This document shows, in pieces, positions 6,344 through 7,258 of a stretch of 7,258 nt of DNA (its first letter is position 1; each line of letters opens with the position of its first letter). Position numbers and translations under genes: made by a program. The notes below the pieces were generated by a model. It was not told where the DNA came from, did not search any database, and saw only the letters and a program-made list of their open reading frames with translations. Source of the DNA: a virus (lineage: Duplodnaviria > Heunggongvirae > Uroviricota > Caudoviricetes); IMG/VR virus record IMGVR_UViG_648276656_000005; one strand, 5' to 3'.

Positions 6344-7258
6344 ATGAGTACCACAACACGAAAATTTAAAACCGTTATCACCGATACGGGTGCAAAAAAA
6401 TTAGCGCAGGCAGCCGCGCCAGATGGTAAGCCTGTCCGCCTGACTCATATGGCCGTGGGCGACGGTGGCGGTACATTGCCCACACCTGACAGTAAGCAGA
6501 CCCGTCTGGTGCATGAGGTGTGGCGACACACTGTTAATCGCGTCATCCTGGACGCAACACATCAGAACCGCATTATTGCAGAGCTGGTTATTCCTCCAGA
6601 AACGGGCGGATTCTGGATCCGGGAAATTGGTGTATTTGATGAGCACGGCGATTTAATCGCGGTGGGCAATACTGCCGAAAGTTACAAGCCAGCCGTTGCC
6701 GAAGGGTCCGGTCGTGCACAAACATTTCGCACCATTCTGACCGTATCCAGCACTGCCACCGTGGCGCTTACCGTGGATAACACCATGGTGATGGCCACAG
6801 TGGATTACGTGGATGACAAACTGAAAGAGCATGAACAGTCACGACGTCACCCGGACGCCTCGCTGACCGCAAAAGGCTTTGTCCAGCTCAGTAGCGCCAC
6901 CAACAGCACGTCTGAAACATTGGCCGCGACATCGAAAGCGGTTAAGGCGGTAATGGATGAAACAAATAAGAAAGCCCCATTAAACAGCCCGGCGCTGACC
7001 GGAACGCCAACAACACCAACTGCGCGACAGGGAACGAATAATACCCAAATCGCAAGCACGGCTTTCGTTATGGCTGCGATTGCCGCCCTTGTAGATTCGT
7101 CACCTGATGCACTGAACACGCTGAACGAGCTGGCTGCGGCGTTGGGCAACGACCCGAATTTTGCGACCACCATGACTAACGCGCTTGCGGGTAAGCAACC
7201 GAAAGATGCCACCCTGACGGCGCTGGCCGGGCTTGCTACTGCGGCAGACAGGTTTCCG
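6344..7258 (+). CDS. H: Tail fibre protein, P2 gpH family, N-terminal part only (305 codons; continues past the window end)
   Basis: ATG at 6344, three nt after the I stop; I translated the frame by hand to the window edge and found no stop, which is why it is absent from the complete-ORF track. The N-terminus (MSTTTRKFKTVITDTGAKKLA…MAVGDGGG…) and the segment QPKDATLTALAGLATAADRFP resemble the conserved N-terminal region of P2-type tail fibres. Confidence 0.8.
   Translation, partial: MSTTTRKFKTVITDTGAKKLAQAAAPDGKPVRLTHMAVGDGGGTLPTPDSKQTRLVHEVWRHTVNRVILDATHQNRIIAELVIPPETGGFWIREIGVFDEHGDLIAVGNTAESYKPAVAEGSGRAQTFRTILTVSSTATVALTVDNTMVMATVDYVDDKLKEHEQSRRHPDASLTAKGFVQLSSATNSTSETLAATSKAVKAVMDETNKKAPLNSPALTGTPTTPTARQGTNNTQIASTAFVMAAIAALVDSSPDALNTLNELAAALGNDPNFATTMTNALAGKQPKDATLTALAGLATAADRFP

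Larger units (their letters stand above)
1..7258 (+). mobile_element. P2-like prophage late region (head completion, lysis and tail/baseplate genes), partial at both ends
   Basis: Uninterrupted co-directional array whose translated products match, in order, the P2 gpM, gpL, gpX, holin, endolysin, LysB, LysC, gpR, gpS, gpV, gpW, gpJ, gpI and gpH families as I recall them; overlapping stop/start junctions typical of phage late operons. No search was run. Confidence 0.85.

Noticed and set aside
3490-6359. Other minus-strand ORFs of 100-175 aa (for example 3490-3855, 4579-5010, 5095-5544, 5835-6359)
   Set aside because: Each is wholly antisense to a syntenic + strand structural gene (S, W/J, J, I) and shows no domain-like features; treated as shadow ORFs.
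6847-7212. Minus-strand 121-aa ORF inside the tail fibre gene
   Set aside because: Antisense to the conserved N-terminal part of H; the hydrophobic translation is typical of the reverse frame of Ala/Thr-rich coding sequence.
1-7258. CRISPR arrays, tRNA or other RNA genes, insertion sequences, or a defence or toxin-antitoxin island
   Set aside because: No direct-repeat/spacer periodicity, tRNA-like structure or transposase-like ORF was seen, and there is no unassigned coding space; the window is densely packed with syntenic phage late genes.

Overview
The whole window reads as one contiguous, co-directional (+ strand) block of a P2-like (Peduovirus-type) temperate phage late region, most likely a prophage in an enterobacterial genome. 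Gene order is terminase small subunit (M), head completion (L), tail protein X, holin, endolysin, i-spanin (LysB/Rz-like), o-spanin (LysC/Rz1-like), tail completion R and S, baseplate V, W, J, I, and the 5' part of tail fibre H, which runs off the 3' edge. Genes are tightly packed with overlapping stop/start codons and recognisable Shine-Dalgarno motifs. All family assignments come from reading the translated ORFs and recalling the families; no search was run. I do not see an inserted cargo or defence island: every ORF of meaningful size fits the canonical late-operon synteny, and the minus-strand ORFs in the track look like antisense shadows of the + strand genes. The points worth a second look are modest: a lysis cassette that differs from P2 itself (M15-type peptidase endolysin, no lysA-like gene), an S protein longer than I recall for P2, a basic low-complexity tail on the terminase small subunit, and two GC-rich dyad structures in the only non-coding stretches.
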